A stretch of DNA of 63,299 bases, filler included, from Craspedostauros australis (taxonomy: Eukaryota): assembly GCA_030167865.1 (NCBI GenBank). It is 14 parts of 14 records of this genome, joined end to end, with 100 filler letters (N's around TTAATTAATTAA, not from the genome) between each part and the next. Parts side by side here need not be neighbours in the genome. Positions count along the whole stretch, not along the records: positions 1 to 21,430 come from JALAGF010003103.1; positions 21,531 to 36,084 come from JALAGF010003111.1; 12 more parts are not named here. One strand, 5' to 3'. Positions 12,567-23,792 of the stretch are shown piece by piece. Below the pieces are notes generated by a model. The model had not been told where the DNA came from, ran no database searches, and worked only from the letters and a program-made list of their open reading frames with translations. The stretch's first letter is position 1. Every line of letters begins with the position of its first letter. Made by a program: the position numbers and the translations under genes.

Positions 12567-14396
12567 ATGGGATCATCATCATTGCCGTTCGTGTCCGCGC
12601 TGCTGGTGGCATCGCTGCTGCCAGCGTCGGCGTTCTCACCATCGAGGGGAGAGGCTCTGCGATCCACGCTCGCCGAAGTGGAGGCGGAGACGAGGTCTGC
12701 TGCTGCCACCGCAACACCCGCATCCAAGCTGCCCAAAGTTCTGGACATCACGCCCGACATCAATGAGGCCGGCACGGACATCGCGGCATGGCGGCTCTCC
12801 TACACGGACACGGAGGAGACTTCGGATCCCACGGTGCTTCCCTTCGTGCAGGACGACAACTTGATGGACCGTCTGCCTGCCGACTTCCCCAGCGGCACGT
12901 GGTTCCGCAACGGCGCGGGACGCTACACGGCAGAAGATGGACAAACCGCCGTGCATCCCTTCGACGGCGATGGCCTCATCTCGTCCACGGTCTTTCGCAA
13001 CGAGCGCAACAACGAGCCGCCCGTCACGTTCCGCAGCAGGTTCGTCATGACCCAAAAGTACAAGGACGACCGGCGCATGGGCAAGATGACGCGGCGCGGC
13101 ACGTTCGGCACCATGAAGAGCGGCGGCATCCTGGCCAACGTCGGCGATCTCAACATCGGCAACGTCGCCAACACCAACTGCGTCCTGGCACCCTCCAGCA
13201 ACACGCTCTACGCGCTGTGGGAAGGCGGGCGGCCGCACGCTCTCGATGCGGCGACGTTGACGATGAAGCAGGATGAGGAGTGCGACTTTGGCGGCGTCCT
13301 GCAGGAAGGCGACACCATGTCGGCCCATTATCGCTACGATCCTCGCACGCACACGTACATCAACTTCGGCACGGAAAAGATGGATGGCACGTCGGCCAAT
13401 TCCAAGCTCGTTCTGTACCAGCATGACGCCGACACGTACGAGTTGCTCGGCGACAAGACGAGACGCCTGTGCCTCAACGTGCCCGGCATCGTGCTGATGC
13501 ACGACTTTGTTATCACCGAGAACTACATGGTGTTCTCGTGGGTCAAGGCCGACGTGTCGCCAGTGGGTGGCATCAAGGCCCTGCTGGGGTTGGGACCCTT
13601 CGTCGATGCCCTTGAGATTCCCGACGACAGCGAAGCCAATCTCATCATCGTGCCGCGTTCGTTGTTGGATCTGAGCGACAGCGATGAGAACGGCGAGGAT
13701 GTCATCTTGGATATCCTGGAAGATGATCGCATCAAGATCATCCCGGCCCCGTTCTTCTTCAACTTCCACTTCGGCAACGCCTTCGAGGAGGAATCCGGCC
13801 GCATCGTCCTCGACATGGTGCGCTCCACGGCCGAGGACTTCGACTTCGGCGTCGGCGCCATCCAGGACCCCAAGACGCCGCTGTGGGAGACTCTGCAGGT
13901 CGAGACGCTGGACGTCCCGGACATTTCGCGATACACCGTCAACCTCGACACGCGGAAAATCGACGACGTCACGGTGCTGTGCCAACAGAGCATCGAATTT
14001 CCCTCCGTTGCCAAGGACGTATCGACGCAACCGCATCGTTACACGTACACCGTGGCGTCACGCAAGCTGGGGACATCGAATGGCAAGTCCGTGTGGGGTG
14101 CCGCCAGCGCGTTGGCCAAGATCGATGCGCAGGGAGACAACGAGTTCTTCACATTCGATGCTGACGAGTTCATTGGTGAGCCCACGGTCGTGCGTAAGCG
14201 CGGTGGTACGAGCGAGGATGCGTGCTACATCATGACGACGGTGTCCAAGGTGTCCACGCAGACTTCGGACGTTGTCATCCTCGATGCGGAAGATCCGGGA
14301 TCCTTGCAGAAGGGGCCCGTCTGTCGTCTGCGGTTGCCGGAGATCTTTGGCGCCGGTCTCTTGCATGGTGAGTTCTACGACGGGTACATTGCATGA
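12567..14396 (+). CDS. Carotenoid cleavage oxygenase (RPE65/CCD family), predicted plastid-targeted
   Basis: PSGTWFRNGAG, HPFDGDG, NVANT, ALWEGGRP, EFP motifs; four candidate Fe-binding His (SAH, MHDF, FHFGN, LHGEF); signal peptide followed by ASAFSP. Confidence 0.92.
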   Translation: MGSSSLPFVSALLVASLLPASAFSPSRGEALRSTLAEVEAETRSAAATATPASKLPKVLDITPDINEAGTDIAAWRLSYTDTEETSDPTVLPFVQDDNLMDRLPADFPSGTWFRNGAGRYTAEDGQTAVHPFDGDGLISSTVFRNERNNEPPVTFRSRFVMTQKYKDDRRMGKMTRRGTFGTMKSGGILANVGDLNIGNVANTNCVLAPSSNTLYALWEGGRPHALDAATLTMKQDEECDFGGVLQEGDTMSAHYRYDPRTHTYINFGTEKMDGTSANSKLVLYQHDADTYELLGDKTRRLCLNVPGIVLMHDFVITENYMVFSWVKADVSPVGGIKALLGLGPFVDALEIPDDSEANLIIVPRSLLDLSDSDENGEDVILDILEDDRIKIIPAPFFFNFHFGNAFEEESGRIVLDMVRSTAEDFDFGVGAIQDPKTPLWETLQVETLDVPDISRYTVNLDTRKIDDVTVLCQQSIEFPSVAKDVSTQPHRYTYTVASRKLGTSNGKSVWGAASALAKIDAQGDNEFFTFDADEFIGEPTVVRKRGGTSEDACYIMTTVSKVSTQTSDVVILDAEDPGSLQKGPVCRLRLPEIFGAGLLHGEFYDGYIA

Positions 14397-14963
14397 TGTG
14401 GGGAATGGAAGATGCACATAGAGCGCAGTGGACTCCAATCATAATGCAAGTTATCCAGAGTATGGTAGGTACCGCAGCTCCTAGTTCTTCGTTACGACTA
14501 TTACCGAGAGGCCCCCAAGAATGCTACGAAAACTGACGCAATCCATCGAGTCCAGTCGTGATCGGTGTCAAGGCTTTCCTCATGTGATGTGACCACGACT
14601 GAACTCCGATCGTTCATTGCACAGGTATTAGCGCTAGGCTAATATTGAGGAATCAGATATTGCGGCAATTTACGCTCCATTCTCATTCTCAACTGGTGAT
14701 TTACACGTATGACGTATCCACCACAATCTCAACAATAGTTTGCGGAGAGCTAATTGAAACAAGACAGAACACAATTGGCACCAACGGCGCTGCGTGGCAC
14801 AACAGAGAAACCAAGCAACAAGGGCACAGAGCATCACTGTGTTGTTGCGCACAAGAGAAGGAAAGTGCAACCAGAACAAGCACCATAGTCGTACCTACGA
14901 GCATCAGCAGCACAAGAGCAAGCGCTCTCTCCAGAGACACCAGTGCTGCACCGCTTCGCGAAG

Positions 14964-17900
14964 ATGCCGGCCATCTACCTGTTCCAACGCAAGACTTTGC
15001 TGGCCGGCGACGATCTCCAGCTTCCTGCGATCTTCACCATCGGCTTCCGCTGCACGCAATGCTTCCTCTTCGTCATCCCCATGCTCTGTCAGACGTCGGC
15101 GGACGCGCAGCGGTCCTCCGTGTCCTTCTTCGCCTTCCTCACGTCCGATCCGTCCCAATTCGGCCCGTGCCGCAGCTCCCACATGCACATCCTGCTGACC
15201 TTCCTCTGGATGTGCGGCTTCCTGATGTACGCCATCGTCAGCATCGCCACGGAATGCCGCATGTACTACTGGAGCGGCCAGGGGACGCCCACGACGATGG
15301 GCGTGGAGATGCGCCGCGTGCACATCCAGGCGATTCTGCAATTCCGGCTCCTCTTCTCCATCGTCGCCCTGCTTCTGCTGTGCGTGCTGTCCATCGCGGC
15401 CGTCAGCTTCTTACGCCGATTCGCGCAATGTCGCACGGAGCTGGAGTTCGATGACGAGACCGATGAGAATGTGTACGTCGCCAGCGATCTGGAGCTCAAC
15501 GACGACGACATCAACGATATGGAGTACGATAGGGTCGGATCCAGCTGGTGGTGGGCGGCCTTCATCCTGCTCTTCGTCAGCCAGACCATCGAGCTGCTGC
15601 TGACTCTTACTGCGACGGCGATCCTCTGCCGGCGGCAACCGCGCAGTCCCGATGCCAACGACTCGATGCATGACTCTCCATCCATCCAGAGCAACCCGTC
15701 CAGCGAGACGTACTTCTACCAAAGCCGCAATCAGGACAACCGACAGGGCGTCGTCGAGGCGCTGTGGGCAGATCGATGTCAGCGATTGTTCCATTGTCTG
15801 GCCTACTCCACCTGCTTCCTCTTCGGCGGTCACGACCTCGTCGGATCGGTCAATGGACGCCACGCCAACAGCTCCAGCGACAACGGCATGGGTTTCACCG
15901 TCAACCCTTACGAGCAGGTGGCAAGGTTGCTGACGGATTACTGGGAGGCCGGCGATGTCCTGGATATCACGCCGACCGACATCGTCGCGGGGTTGCTCGT
16001 CCTGCAGCGCGTCCAACGATTGGGCAGGTTGCAGGCGCGTCTCGACGTCCTGCAGCAGCGCATCAATTCGGATCAGCTGCAGCGCGTCTCGTCTCGTCCC
16101 ACGCCGTCGACTCTCTCCGTCGCATCGGCTCCGCCCAGTCCCAAACAAACGACGGCCGGGCTGCTGCGGCGCAGCAACAGCACGGGGCTGCGATCACGGG
16201 CGCCCGGCAACACGGATGCCACGGTGCCGCAGACGGTGCGCGTGATCGATCCCAATGGCACGAGGCAGCACAATCCAAGCACGCGCAGCACGTTGTATCA
16301 AGCCACACACATTTCGTCGAGGCAGTCCATCTACAGGCGTGTGTCGGTCACAAATTTGGACACCATCGACGGGGCCGTTGATGGGGCAACGCCCTTGGCG
16401 CCGTACAGGAAGGAATCCAGGAAGATACTGAATCCAGCCATCCATGCCAACGACCGCAGGACCATCCAGGAAGGTGCAAGGTATGCCAGACACGCGCTTT
16501 CCATCTACACCTGGAAGCTGTATCTCTACACACATCCCATGACGGGGTCCTGTCGGTTGATGCACGCCTGTGCCATGTGCAGGTGTAGATCGTCGTCATC
16601 AACGACAACGGCCACGGCACAATCACCATCGCCCGCGCAAACGGCATCGTCATCGCCGTCGTCATCACCAGGTACGGCGGCGCATCCCAACTTATCCGTG
16701 CCGGCCGGGTCAGCTTCGTTGAGAACGCAGCAACCGGACGCGCAGACCCTGTTGGGCCATGAGGGCAGCTCTACGCCATTCACCATCGGAGACAACCTCT
16801 GTCAGCTCCACAAGCAGGCTCTGGTGCTCACTGCGGGCATAGACGACGCTGATCTGGTCTACGCGCACTTCGTCAACTCCTGCCTCAAGATGCCGTACTC
16901 CATCGTCTTGGATCATGCCGCCAAAAGTGTCGTGCTCAGCATTCGGGGAACCCTGTCTTTGGAAGACGTGGTGACGGACACCATGGTCGATGCAGAGCCA
17001 CTGGATCCCATCGAATTCAACTTTGCGGACAAGATGAACGCGCATCCCGAATGGCCGCAGCAGTACGGCTTCAGCGGGGTCGTGGCATGCGTTCGCAATA
17101 TCTACGACGACTTGCAACGTCACGGATGGCTGCAGCGGTTGCTTCTGGGCCACGATGCGCAGTATCCCACGTACTCGCTGAGGCTGGCAGGACATTCGTT
17201 AGGTGCGGCAACGGCCGCCCTGCTCAGCTTCAAGCTGCGGCAGGATCATCCCGACGTGCGCGTGTACAGCTACTGCCCGCCAGGTTGCACGATGACATGG
17301 GAGATGGCGCATCTGGCGCAGGAATGGACCACCTCCTTCGTGCTGGACTCGGACATCGTCCCTCGGCTCTCCGCACTGGCCTTGGAGCATCTGCGGGACG
17401 ACACGCTGAATCTTCTCGGTCGCATCAAGGTTCCGAAGTACCACCTGGCCGGTGCCGTTCTGGGCAGCGAGAAGCATTGCGGCGTGGATCCATCGAGCTG
17501 GTGCAAGAATGCCAACGGCAACCGCAACGTTGCAAGCGTGCATGAGATCGACGCGGAACGCTTGCAGGATGGCGTCCGCAACCTGACGCAGAGGTTGGAC
17601 GCGACGCTGCTCGACGAGGCGCCGGAGACCACCACCTTCCAGCGCCAGCTGCGTCGCTTCCTGAGGCTGCAGTCGCACGTGCGATCGAGCCGTGGCGCGG
17701 CGCGTTCCATGCGCATGTACCCGCCTGGCCGCGTCGTGCACGTGATCAAAACGGGAGACAAGCGCAACGTCTGCTCGTCGATCCAGAAGTGCATGACGTG
17801 CTGCACGTCCAACGCCGGTTCCCTGTACACGCCCGTTTGGATCGCCAACGACGATCTGAATGAGATCGTGGTGAGCCCGACGATGGTGACGGATCACTTC

Positions 17901-18023
17901 GTCGATCGCATCTGCGACGAGCTCGAGAAGCTGGCGAAGAACATGGACGACAGCGTCCTGGCGGAAACGGAGCACGGTGTGGCGGATGCTACCACTTCAC
18001 CCATCGATCATCTTGGCGTCTGA
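14964..18023 (+). CDS. Lipase class 3, sn1-diacylglycerol-lipase-like membrane protein
   Basis: N-terminal MPAIYLF..AGDDL plus ~4 hydrophobic segments; DITPTDIVAGL, SIRGTLSLED, GHSLG, DIVPRLS, MYPPG and DH motifs. Confidence 0.9.
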   Translation: MPAIYLFQRKTLLAGDDLQLPAIFTIGFRCTQCFLFVIPMLCQTSADAQRSSVSFFAFLTSDPSQFGPCRSSHMHILLTFLWMCGFLMYAIVSIATECRMYYWSGQGTPTTMGVEMRRVHIQAILQFRLLFSIVALLLLCVLSIAAVSFLRRFAQCRTELEFDDETDENVYVASDLELNDDDINDMEYDRVGSSWWWAAFILLFVSQTIELLLTLTATAILCRRQPRSPDANDSMHDSPSIQSNPSSETYFYQSRNQDNRQGVVEALWADRCQRLFHCLAYSTCFLFGGHDLVGSVNGRHANSSSDNGMGFTVNPYEQVARLLTDYWEAGDVLDITPTDIVAGLLVLQRVQRLGRLQARLDVLQQRINSDQLQRVSSRPTPSTLSVASAPPSPKQTTAGLLRRSNSTGLRSRAPGNTDATVPQTVRVIDPNGTRQHNPSTRSTLYQATHISSRQSIYRRVSVTNLDTIDGAVDGATPLAPYRKESRKILNPAIHANDRRTIQEGARYARHALSIYTWKLYLYTHPMTGSCRLMHACAMCRCRSSSSTTTATAQSPSPAQTASSSPSSSPGTAAHPNLSVPAGSASLRTQQPDAQTLLGHEGSSTPFTIGDNLCQLHKQALVLTAGIDDADLVYAHFVNSCLKMPYSIVLDHAAKSVVLSIRGTLSLEDVVTDTMVDAEPLDPIEFNFADKMNAHPEWPQQYGFSGVVACVRNIYDDLQRHGWLQRLLLGHDAQYPTYSLRLAGHSLGAATAALLSFKLRQDHPDVRVYSYCPPGCTMTWEMAHLAQEWTTSFVLDSDIVPRLSALALEHLRDDTLNLLGRIKVPKYHLAGAVLGSEKHCGVDPSSWCKNANGNRNVASVHEIDAERLQDGVRNLTQRLDATLLDEAPETTTFQRQLRRFLRLQSHVRSSRGAARSMRMYPPGRVVHVIKTGDKRNVCSSIQKCMTCCTSNAGSLYTPVWIANDDLNEIVVSPTMVTDHFVDRICDELEKLAKNMDDSVLAETEHGVADATTSPIDHLGV

Positions 18024-18730
18024 GGCGTGTTGTATTGTGCTGGGCTGGGCTGTTCTGCGCAGTAGTTGGTGATGTACAAGCAAGACTATCGATGCGGCAG
18101 ATGGAGGCTGGACGCATTGCTGGGACACACAGATACGTATGAGTAGAGTGGACACGCTCAACAACGGGGGAATGAGCGCAATGGAGATTAACATCATAGA
18201 GGACTACAATGCATTAGATTATATAACAATATATTGCAGCATACAACAGCCAAACACGTAAACGTAGGTACAAATGGGAGGCACGTGGTGGCCTTGATGC
18301 TATGCGAAGAAGTTTGTTGGACACTCCGCCGCGCGAGAACTGCCGCGTTGCGCGTCTCGAAGCAGCACTCTTCCTAGTTTTCCGTTGACATCAATCTATC
18401 TCTAGAGAAGGTACTCGAATAGACCTTGCTATGTGGGAAACGAAAGATACCAGATGATCAAAATGGATTGGCCAATGTCCTCCTCGTGTCGAAACCCGCG
18501 ATGTGGGAGACAAACTCGTGCAGAACAACGACCCAAGATCGCTGTGCAGATGGTCGCGATGTTGTCGCCGATCTTCTCGTGCGCATAGTTGTTAGTACGG
18601 CTTTGATGCGGCGCGTCGCACCCGGTTGCGTCGGTGTGACCAAGAAACGGAGCGGATTGGTCCAGTTCTCCCATAATTCACAAAGTACAGCATCATCAAT
18701 ACCAGCGCAGCAGCATCGGCAACAGCAAAG

Positions 18731-20651
18731 ATGACGGGATGCGAGGAAGTCCCCGATGAGGGGTCGCATCTACTTCACCACCATGAACCATCCTCGCGAC
18801 AGCTACATGAGGATGTGCCGTACTACGCTCCTCCAAGACAGCGCCAGCGATGGGACGATGCCCAAGTCCTGTGAGTATGACGAAACGCAACGCGTTGTGT
18901 TGTGTTGTGTTGTGTTGTGTTGTGTTGTGTTGTGTTGCGTTGCTTTGATGCTCAGCCTTCTCCACCACGATCAGCATTGGCTGTTGCTCCGACTACTCTA
19001 CGAGTCGCATTGTACCTTCATGCATCTCTCTCTGACTCGCATTAAGACTAACGCTCGAATCGCCCATCCATCCATGCATGCATGGAAACATGCATCATCC
19101 TATTCGATCGTACACTTTCGCACTTCACCACAACAATCGCATCATAGGCCACACGTTAACTGGGGAGACCTGTACTGGGATCTCTTCTACGTCAGCGGTG
19201 CGTTCAACTTGGCAGCTGCCCTGAAGGAATCCCTTAGCTTCCTGGGCTTCTTCTACTTCGCCACGTGCTACCTGGCCCTGGTCGCCATCTGGATCGACAA
19301 GACGATTTACGATGCGAGATTCGCCCCGGCCGACAACCTGTACCACCGTTTCTTGGAGGTCGTGCACATCCTCGTTCTCGGTTTCGTCGTGCAGCACATC
19401 CGCCCACTTTCCATGATGCAGGACACGGACAACGACCCCGCCACGTTCTGCTTCACTGTGGCGCTTGCGGTGGAGGCCATGCTCACGCTGAACAGATACG
19501 TCGACGTCAAGCGCAACGTGAAGGGTGGTCCGGAGGCGAAGCATGACGCAGCGAGTGACGTGCGCCGCAGGATCGTCGCCCTGATCGTCTTCTCCGCCGC
19601 TGCTGTTGTGGCCGGGGTCGACTATCTAGGACCCTCGGATGGAACGTCATCGTCCGCTGTAGAGAATGACGATGGTGCTCATTCGGATGGTGAAGTTGCG
19701 GACGTGCACTGGACGAATCATATCCCCATGATGCTGTGCCTGCTGGGTTACTTCTCTTGCAACATGGCTGGATTGGTTGAATTCTTCTGCTGCACCACAC
19801 AATACACAGGCACCCACAAGGACTTCAAGGTGCCCGTCAACATCGAGTTCATGCTGCATCGTTTTGGCGAGTGGGTCATGCTCATGCTCGGCGAGTCCGT
19901 TCTCGCGCTGCTCATCGTGGAGCAATCCTCGGGACTCCGGTACTACGTCACCTTCTTCGCTGGCATCCTGTCCGTCACGCTCTTCCAGTACCTCTTCTTC
20001 CGATCGCAGCCATTCGAAGCGGATGACCATGCCCTGCGCCGATCCCCAGGCGCTGGATTTTCCTACTTGTGGGCAGTGAAGCTCTACTCCGCCAGCCTCA
20101 TCCTGGTCGGTTGCTCGTACAAGATGATCCTGCACTACTTCCTGGAAGAGGAAGAGCTCATTGAGGAGCATGGCGAATCGGCTTTGCAAGACGAAGAGAT
20201 CAGCCTCGAGTTGGAACACACGCGCAAGCAGATCGCGCGCCTCTTCTGCTACAGCATGGCGCTCTCATTCATCGCTCTGGACTTGATGATCATCCTGCAC
20301 CGCGGTTTCGTTGCTAACTTCTCTCGCTTCCGCGTCAACGGCAAGTGGGCATGGGGACCGCTGAGGGTCTCGGTTCTCGTCTACGTATTGCTGTTCATCA
20401 CCGTCGACATGTGGCGCTGGTTTGATCGGCTCGAAACGTTGGCGGCCGCTGGCCTCATGATCGTGATCGCCCAAGTGCTGATCCGGACGCGCGGTCTGCG
20501 ATACTTCCCGGTCTCGAAGAGAGCCATGGAATTGGCGCAGTGCGGAGGTGATCTCTCGTTGCTCACACCCGACGAAGGAGGAAGCCACACTCATCACTCT
20601 CCTCCTGGCTGGCCGAACCGCACGCAACCCCAAAGTATCCCCATCAGCTAA
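18731..20651 (+). CDS. LtrA-like (low temperature requirement A) multi-pass membrane protein; exons 18731-18870 and 19148-20651
   Basis: WGDLYWDLFYV, YDARF and HRFGEWVMLMLGESVL motifs; GTGAGT...ATAG intron joins PPRQRQRWDDAQVL to PHVNWGDL in frame. Confidence 0.8.
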
Positions 20652-21474
20652 AGAGTAGCATCGTGCATACTCGTGCAGGCTGATGGATTGGTGGTTGGCT
20701 GGTATCGAGGAGAGGTTTCCGTCTCCACAAGTGAAACATCTTTGCTGAGTGCTGTAAGAGTGGGACTGTTTCCCCAATCCCAATACGTTCCACCACATTG
20801 ATTGGCGCAGTGCAGCACTCTTATCATGTATTCTATGATAATATTATGTTTTATTCTATAATACAATACTTTGGAGTATGTACTGTTCTGTGCATTGCTG
20901 CATTGATCACGATAGGTCGTCGCCTGGTGGCAATCTGCGAAGGTCGCCCATTCCGCAATCGATACCGTCCACATTCTCCTCACAAGCGACTATTCACCGC
21001 AACTCCTAAAGCAGTCACGACAAGCAGATACGGACGTTATTACCGGTTATTTGAGCGTTAGACTGGGCACTTGCAGCTGAATCGTACGCAGCAGAGTAGA
21101 GACCNNNNNNNNNNNNNNNNNNNNNNNNNNNNNNNNNNNNNNNNNNNNNNNNNNNNNNNNNNNNNNNNNNNNNNNNNNNNNNNNNNNNNNNNNNNNNNNN
21201 NNNNNNNNNNNNNNNNNNNNNNNNNNNNNNNNNNNNNNNNNNNNNNNNNNNNNNNNNNNNNNNNNNNNNNNNNNNGTAGTATCCGCCATGGCCGGCACAG
21301 CCTGCGTAGTGCGGCGTCTCCTATGACAATCATGTGCTGATGTATATTGGTCAACATCAGAGGGACGTCAACTCAATGTGACGCAATTGCGCGATTGAGT
21401 GGCATCGATGGACGCATCGACCATGAGACCNNNNNNNNNNNNNNNNNNNNNNNNNNNNNNNNNNNNNNNNNNNN

Positions 21475-21486
21475 TTAATTAATTAA
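21475..21486. other. Artificial contig linker TTAATTAATTAA within N runs (first of 13)
   Basis: Same six-frame-stop 12-mer at 21475, 36129, 38503, 39731, 45499, 46637, 48270, 49616, 51414, 52526, 54791, 60813, 62081. Confidence 0.97.
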
Positions 21487-21530
21487 NNNNNNNNNNNNNN
21501 NNNNNNNNNNNNNNNNNNNNNNNNNNNNNN

Positions 21531-22515
21531 TCCTGGTGATGTGGATGGCGGGTTCACGGATGCACCGGTGGTGCTCTGCGACGACGACATGGGTGTGTGC
21601 AGCAATTTCGTGAACGCCATCGAATCTCTCCCTGATAACAAGGACCGACTCGTCAAGAGTATCTTCGGATGCGAAGATGGCGGATCGATCACCTACGAAG
21701 TCGCTCAGGCCCGCTTCGACACCATCAAGAACGACCCAAGTGCCATCACCGCCATCCTTGGCGCCCTTGAGGGCAGTGGCATTATCTTGACTGGAACTGT
21801 AACCCAGCTCGTCACACCGTGTGGGTCTTCGTGCTGCCCCTCCGGTGCTTGCGCGACATCAGCGGCTGGTGTCATCACCGTCACTCCAGACTCGTGCTCC
21901 GGTACCACGTCCTGCACCGATCTTGGCCCCGACGCCATCATCCTCGGCAGCTGTCTCGGTACGGATTCCTGCGCTGGCCTTGGCAGCTACGGCATGCCAC
22001 TCAACGAAAATGCCATCACTGGTCACACCATCATTGGACCAGCAGCCTGCACCAACGCCAACGGTTGTGAAAACCTGGGAAAGAACATCTACGGAAACAT
22101 TCGCATTGAGCGTGCCGCATGCAACGGTGTGGACAGCTGCAAGGGCATGGGTGTCCGTGCGGACCAGTCATCGTCCGTCCTCACACCAGTTCTTGCCGAT
22201 ATCATCGTGCAGGAGGAGGGATGCCAGGGACAGCGCTCGTGCGAGGACGTCCACAGCGGACCAGGAAAGACCGCAGGAAGCCTCAACATTGGAGTGGGCG
22301 CCTGCATGTCCGTCGACAGTTGCAGCGGTGCCGCAGCTGCCGACGCTGCGGTTGATGACCTCGTCATCGCGGACGGCGTCTGCATGGCCAGCGACAGTTG
22401 CAAGGACTGTGTCGCCACCGACATGTGCCCCGGCGATCCTGCTCAGACCTACACCATCGCCAACCCGGACCTCGACTGCCCTACCGTCAACTCAGGTGCA
22501 TGCACTTCTTCGTAA
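21531..22515 (+). CDS. Cysteine-rich repeat protein, 5'-truncated, probably extracellular
   Basis: Open frame from the contig edge with strong codon bias; seven C-x5-C repeats such as SCSGTTSC, SCLGTDSC, ACNGVDSC. Confidence 0.75.
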
Positions 22516-23792
22516 ACACAACGCATGATCCATCCATCAACCGCTGTGTGCGCATACCGACGAGTGACAGCAATCCGACGCCACGCTCCCAAGTCCAACG
22601 CGCAGCTGCAACTGCCGATCCTCAGTCGTTGAGAGGACGGTGAGGCGCGCGAGAACCAACCAATCACTTGGGTCTGTCGGCGCTCAGAGCCTGTGCCATA
22701 CTCATACCCACACATCAACATTCAACACAACCACCCCCACCCCGATCAATTGAAGCGCTACGCAATCGAACCAACCACCACAAATCAAATGAAATGAACA
22801 GTGATCCATCTCGCAAATCCCCCTCCCCATTGCATTTGCCTGTTTAACTGAGAGTGAGTCTGTTCCTAACATCCATAGAGGCGACGTATCTTGTGCACGG
22901 AGACGACCGGCAACGAAGTGTCTGCCTACCGGTATCAACCGCATGAAAGTCCGAAAGGAAAACGGATTACAGCCGTCTGCACAAGAGGCTGTGTCGTCTT
23001 GCCCATGTCCACATTGGAGTCTAAACCGCGAATGGTCATGTGCTGTCCCACGACCTCTTCTTTCGAGTAGATCAGATCAAACCTTGGCCCGAGTATTGTC
23101 ATGGAATGATTTGATAGCATCTATAATATTCTATTATATAATGAGCGAAGAGAGCAGCACATGTAAAATCAATCGTCCTCCCCTTCTTTGCGTGCATCCC
23201 GCAACCAGTTCGTCATCGATGCAACGCCTGACATGCCGACCATGCGAAGATCCGGTGGCTAAACTGATAGCTGGTGGCTGAGGGGCCTGCAACCACAACC
23301 ACTCGATGCAGGTCGCCAGTATCACCATTGCGCAATCGTCGCAAAGTGTGGTTCCAGCCGACAGCGATTTCGTTTTGTGACACGTTTCGTAAATATACAT
23401 CCATAGAGGTACCTCAAGTACATTGGAGGAAGTATTTGATACCATATGATGTTGCAGCTCATTCTGTGGTTGCTCGTCTTTTGGGTGGTGGCGACAACAT
23501 CTGACGCACATTCGCCCACGTCATCCATGGTTGAATCGACGCAGTCGACTTTTGCACGCATCGATCGATCGTGGACACGACACCAACGAACGAACAAACA
23601 AACGAACGAAAGAAGGATTCAAGTTTCCATCAACAACACGTTTTTGCCAACGTCACTTCAACAACCACTGGCCGCAAAAAAAACCGCGATTCGTCTTGGC
23701 CTTTCGTTTGTGTACAGATGCTCACAATCTCGTCGTACGAATTTCATACATTCCCGCTGCAATACTTTTCGATACAATACTGCTATTCCACA

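Noticed and set aside
12636..14036. 466-aa antisense ORF and similar shadow ORFs over other genes
   Set aside because: By-products of GC3-rich codon usage on the opposite strand; no motifs
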